IMG/VR virus record: IMGVR_UViG_3300020042_001812
Coordinates: 1-28,918 of that record
Origin: a virus
Lineage: Duplodnaviria; Caudoviricetes
Strand: one strand, 5' to 3'
Length of the DNA: 28,918 nt
The notes under the pieces were generated by a model. The model was given only the letters and a program-made list of their open reading frames with translations, searched no databases and was not told the DNA's origin. Shown here one piece after another: positions 25,831-28,918 of this stretch. The position numbers were made by a program, and so were the translations under genes. Each line of letters starts with the position of its first letter. Within the stretch, counting starts at the first letter, position 1.

Positions 25831-26324
25831 TTCACTGGCCCTGATTTAGAAAGCAAATCCGTTTTGGCTTGTGAGCCAGCGCTGGAGCCAAAATAGTACG
25901 CGATTATTCCAGTCCAAGCAGTCCCTAAGCTGCCCAACATCATCAAAATAGCGGGGTTGCTACTGTCTACTTTGCCAATAAACATCATCACCATAATGCC
26001 GAAAAATCCCACCGTGACCGTAGCAGCAAGGATTGGCGGCATCAAGCTGCGGGTGGTGGCTTGCATCTCCCGTGCTGACTTCCTGTCCTCGACCTCTAGC
26101 TTTTCAAAGTTAAGACCAAGCTCTTGCGCTTGCTTTTGCAACTCAATTTCAGCAATCTTGACTTGAGCAATCTGATCCGCTGTCAGTTTGTTGCCGGAGA
26201 TCAGGTCGCCCACCTTGTCAGGGTCAACCCCTATGGCTTTGCTGATTGCAGCCACAGCCATGCCGGCCAGTGGGCCACCCATTGCCGTGGCAATTGTCGG
26301 TGCAATTTGTTTTAGCCAATCCAT
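25827..26324 (-). CDS. Holin-like membrane protein
   Basis: Amphipathic N-terminus, DRKSAREMQ, two hydrophobic helices, YYFGSSAGS. Coupled to the endolysin. Confidence 0.7.
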   Translation of the reverse strand: MDWLKQIAPTIATAMGGPLAGMAVAAISKAIGVDPDKVGDLISGNKLTADQIAQVKIAEIELQKQAQELGLNFEKLEVEDRKSAREMQATTRSLMPPILAATVTVGFFGIMVMMFIGKVDSSNPAILMMLGSLGTAWTGIIAYYFGSSAGSQAKTDLLSKSGPVK

Positions 26325-26335
26325 GTTTAAGATTC

Positions 26336-26515
26336 CTACAAAGGGTTTTTAGAGATCAGAAAGTCAATGATTTTCTTGGATTCATTAGTTGGCAAAATGT
26401 ATAGCAAGTCTAGTAACCAGTTAATTGCAAGAACAGCAGCGCAGCACCTGATGAAACGATCAATGCCGAGTTTCCAGTCCTTGCCAACATCAAACCATTT
26501 AAGCAAACTGAACAC
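26336..26515 (-). CDS. 59-aa hydrophobic protein (not in ORF track)
   Basis: GTG-FSLLKWFDVGKDWKLGIDRFIRCCAAVLAINWLLDLLYILPTNESKKIIDFLISKNPL. Fills the gap on the operon strand. Confidence 0.55.
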   Translation of the reverse strand: MFSLLKWFDVGKDWKLGIDRFIRCCAAVLAINWLLDLLYILPTNESKKIIDFLISKNPL

Positions 26516-26516
26516 A

Positions 26517-27011
26517 TTAAATACAGCCTCTTGTTTTTTGGCAGAAATCTATTAACTCGTTTACGCCAACAAAGGCAAAGAACATCAAAAAGAAAACAAT
26601 AGCTATAACTAAAACAATCTCGGTCATTTCATCTGCTTTTTGTTTGGCCTTCTTTTCTTCGGCTTTCATTGCGCTAATCTCTTTGGCATCATCTCTATCC
26701 ATCTCAGCCTGACGTGCTTTGATCTTATTCCACACATCTATCTTGCCGGTCTGCATGAAGAGCATTTTTAGCTCTTCTTCAAAGACTTTGGCTTGATCCA
26801 GAGCCATCTCGATCTGGAGTGCCGTCCCCATGTTTGAGCCTTTTTTAGACCGCTTGGCTTCAAGCATGGCCTTTGTAGCTACGCTCTTGGCGTCAAACAT
26901 TTTTCCGATTATCGGAGCCAAGCTGCCGAGATCGTTGGCGACTTTCGCCGCCTTCTTGACTAGAGAGATGGCCGACTGTATGCCGGCAAGGGCTGTAATC
27001 GGATCAATCAT
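26517..27011 (-). CDS. Coiled-coil protein with C-terminal transmembrane helix
   Basis: MIDPITALAG start, coiled coil, IVLVIAIVFFLMFFAFVGV. Confidence 0.7.
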   Translation of the reverse strand: MIDPITALAGIQSAISLVKKAAKVANDLGSLAPIIGKMFDAKSVATKAMLEAKRSKKGSNMGTALQIEMALDQAKVFEEELKMLFMQTGKIDVWNKIKARQAEMDRDDAKEISAMKAEEKKAKQKADEMTEIVLVIAIVFFLMFFAFVGVNELIDFCQKTRGCI

Positions 27012-27156
27012 TTGTGGCCTCTGCTACTTTTTCGGGTTTGCCTTTTTCCCGCCATTTTAAGCACCAGACCAAGAGCCTATCAGATGACCATGACCATTTC
27101 ACACACTCAAATACGGGAGATTGTGCCGCTGGTGGCGGTGGCGGCAGAGCATCCAT
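27004..27156 (-). CDS. 50-aa Pro/Trp/Cys-containing protein (not in ORF track)
   Basis: MDALPPPPPAAQSPVFECVKWSWSSDRLLVWCLKWREKGKPEKVAEATND. Fills the gap. Confidence 0.55.
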   Translation of the reverse strand: MDALPPPPPAAQSPVFECVKWSWSSDRLLVWCLKWREKGKPEKVAEATND

Positions 27157-27158
27157 GA

Positions 27159-27359
27159 TTACATAAGCATTTTCTTAAGCATTTCAGCAGCAAAGCCTGG
27201 ACCAAGCAGCGTGACAGCAATCAGCGCGTATAGGATGTATTCAATGCGGCTCATGCGCTTGCTGCCTGACTCAAAAGATTTCTGGATAGCCTCATACCGC
27301 AGCGCACAAATTTCTTCATGCGTTGCTAGCTTGGCATCGGTTGCGTCTACTTGACTCAT
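27159..27359 (-). CDS. Small coiled-coil/membrane protein
   Basis: LATHEEICALRY...RMSRIEYILYALIAVTLLG. Start re-called to ATG 27359 (ATGA overlap). Confidence 0.7.
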   Translation of the reverse strand: MSQVDATDAKLATHEEICALRYEAIQKSFESGSKRMSRIEYILYALIAVTLLGPGFAAEMLKKMLM

Positions 27360-27865
27360 GGTGAAACAGGCCAAGTAATTGTCCACGGGAATCCTGTCTG
27401 TGTTGGGATGTCTCTAAGGGCTTGGCGATAAACTTCCCACGCACCAGGAATGTTAGCGTTTAACTCTAAGTTTTTGATGACAACCCAATCCGATTCTTTC
27501 AACTTGGTGTCTCTAGAAGAACGAACAGACACAGCCTGTTCTGCATCCTTGGTGGCCTTGTAAGCAGCTTCGTTCTCAGCGGCAGTCTTGGCTGGCTGGG
27601 TGTCTGTAGCAGCTGTAGCTGTGAACACAGGGCCAAGCACATGCTTGGTGTACCACTTGCCGTCAACTTGCTCAACACCAGCAGCTTGCGAGTACTGATA
27701 GACAGTGCCACCTGTTGCTTGTGGGCCTTCAAAGATGACATCAGCGCCCAAGGCTTCTAGCACCTCAGTTGTTGTTGTGTCCCATGTAGGGCCACCATTG
27801 GCTTTGGTGTATGCACGAAACTCTGCCTCGTACATTACTTGCCCGTCATTTGTTCGTATTTGCAT
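27356..27865 (-). CDS. Tail fibre assembly chaperone
   Basis: VRSSRDTKLKESDW...WEVYRQALRDIPTQTGFPWTITWP. GAGG RBS before ATG 27865. Confidence 0.85.
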   Translation of the reverse strand: MQIRTNDGQVMYEAEFRAYTKANGGPTWDTTTTEVLEALGADVIFEGPQATGGTVYQYSQAAGVEQVDGKWYTKHVLGPVFTATAATDTQPAKTAAENEAAYKATKDAEQAVSVRSSRDTKLKESDWVVIKNLELNANIPGAWEVYRQALRDIPTQTGFPWTITWPVSP

Positions 27866-27875
27866 TTTATTTTCC

Positions 27876-28916
27876 TCAAGCAATCGCTAAAAAGATGTAT
27901 GTACCAGAACTTACATTGACATTGGTTGCCGCCACTTGGTTGACCACAAAACCCGTGCTATTAGTGTCAATAGTGTCATCTGTTGTGACTTCCGCTGCTG
28001 TTGTGTTCAAACTCAAGTGCGGATCATTACCTGAAACAATGCCTCTAGCTGTGTCCCACACATACCAATCACCAATATCGTTGTTTCGCTTGATTAGGAC
28101 AAATCTTGCCCCTGCTGAGAATCCGCAGTCAATTGTCTGAGATGAGCCGTTGCCTGTGTATGAACCTACTTTAGAAACACCAGCGCACGTTGCAAAAAGA
28201 TAGGCAACGTAAAGATTGCTTGTGGCATTTACTTGCGCCCCAGTAAAAGTCATTGTTGTTGAAGTAGGGGCACTGCTAAACAAAGCACTGTTAGATCTTG
28301 CTGAATCTTCTTCTAAGTTAAACACCCAATTATTAGTATTAACAACACGCACATTTACAGCCCAATTGCTTGCAGAACCTCTGTTTTTTATTATTATCAA
28401 ATCAGGAACTACACCTAGATTATGATTAATAGTCGCCGCAGAACCCGTCCCTGTATAGCAAACCTCATCAAAGAAGCTGGGGGCGCGTTGATAGAAATAC
28501 CCAATAAAAGATGCACCATCTTTATTGTTTAAGTTATTAACCCCCAAAGTAATGCCACTCATGTTATAACTAACAATATTAGTTGCGCCAGTTGCTTCTG
28601 CGCCTGTACTTGTGCTTTGCAAATATGGGTCTGTTCCCCTTAATCTATCTTCAAAGTTTCCTTTTGGACTTGCTCTCCAATTTGCCATAAACAAATCAGG
28701 AGGAAACCCTACTCCAGTAATTGATTGATTTCCTGAGCTACCTGTGTATGTAACAGGGTAAAACACACTCGTCCCCACCGTAGGCACTTTCATCGGGCCA
28801 CGGCGTATGGCTATGTAGATGTAGGTTCTAGATGCGGCATGAGTAGTTACAGTAAAACCAGTTGCCGTAGGAACTATGTAAGCCCCGCCAACAGCAGATT
28901 CAGCCGCACTTGAGTT
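27876..28916 (-). CDS. Tail fibre / receptor-binding protein (5' end beyond the window)
   Basis: Frame stays open to the window edge (…TYIYIAIRRGPMKVPT…). Repeated YTGxG...(H/G)..P..(I/V)..K..W modules. Directly upstream of the chaperone. Confidence 0.8.
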   Translation of the reverse strand, partial: NSSAAESAVGGAYIVPTATGFTVTTHAASRTYIYIAIRRGPMKVPTVGTSVFYPVTYTGSSGNQSITGVGFPPDLFMANWRASPKGNFEDRLRGTDPYLQSTSTGAEATGATNIVSYNMSGITLGVNNLNNKDGASFIGYFYQRAPSFFDEVCYTGTGSAATINHNLGVVPDLIIIKNRGSASNWAVNVRVVNTNNWVFNLEEDSARSNSALFSSAPTSTTMTFTGAQVNATSNLYVAYLFATCAGVSKVGSYTGNGSSQTIDCGFSAGARFVLIKRNNDIGDWYVWDTARGIVSGNDPHLSLNTTAAEVTTDDTIDTNSTGFVVNQVAATNVNVSSGTYIFLAIA

Positions 28917-28918
28917 TG

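Overview
This window is a ~29 kb piece of a tailed dsDNA phage genome with P22/APSE-like short-tail organisation, almost all on the minus strand. Read from the right end it carries: a truncated tail fibre and its chaperone, a lysis cassette (holin plus GH108 endolysin), tail hub and head-completion genes, and a series of DNA-ejection proteins. One ejection gene is split by a 1-nt frameshift, and the last appears to carry a DNA-glycosylase-like domain. A short divergent regulatory and early block follows (HTH proteins, DUF2815 SSB). Next is a replication module (SNF2 helicase, DUF2800 Cas4-like nuclease, primase-helicase, VRR-NUC) with no DNA polymerase in the window. The terminase small subunit is separated from the large subunit by an accessory block containing a serine recombinase, a Hin-like HTH and a cytidylyltransferase. 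Small basic proteins, a GT2 glycosyltransferase and a P22-like portal gene run off the left edge. The most striking non-coding signals flank the primase gene. Downstream is an origin-like cluster of iterons, palindromes and consensus DnaA boxes. Upstream is a 9-codon leader peptide coupled to the primase and overlapped by a predicted antisense RNA. Together these resemble plasmid-type copy-number control in a phage. All family calls come from motif recognition by eye, not from database searches.
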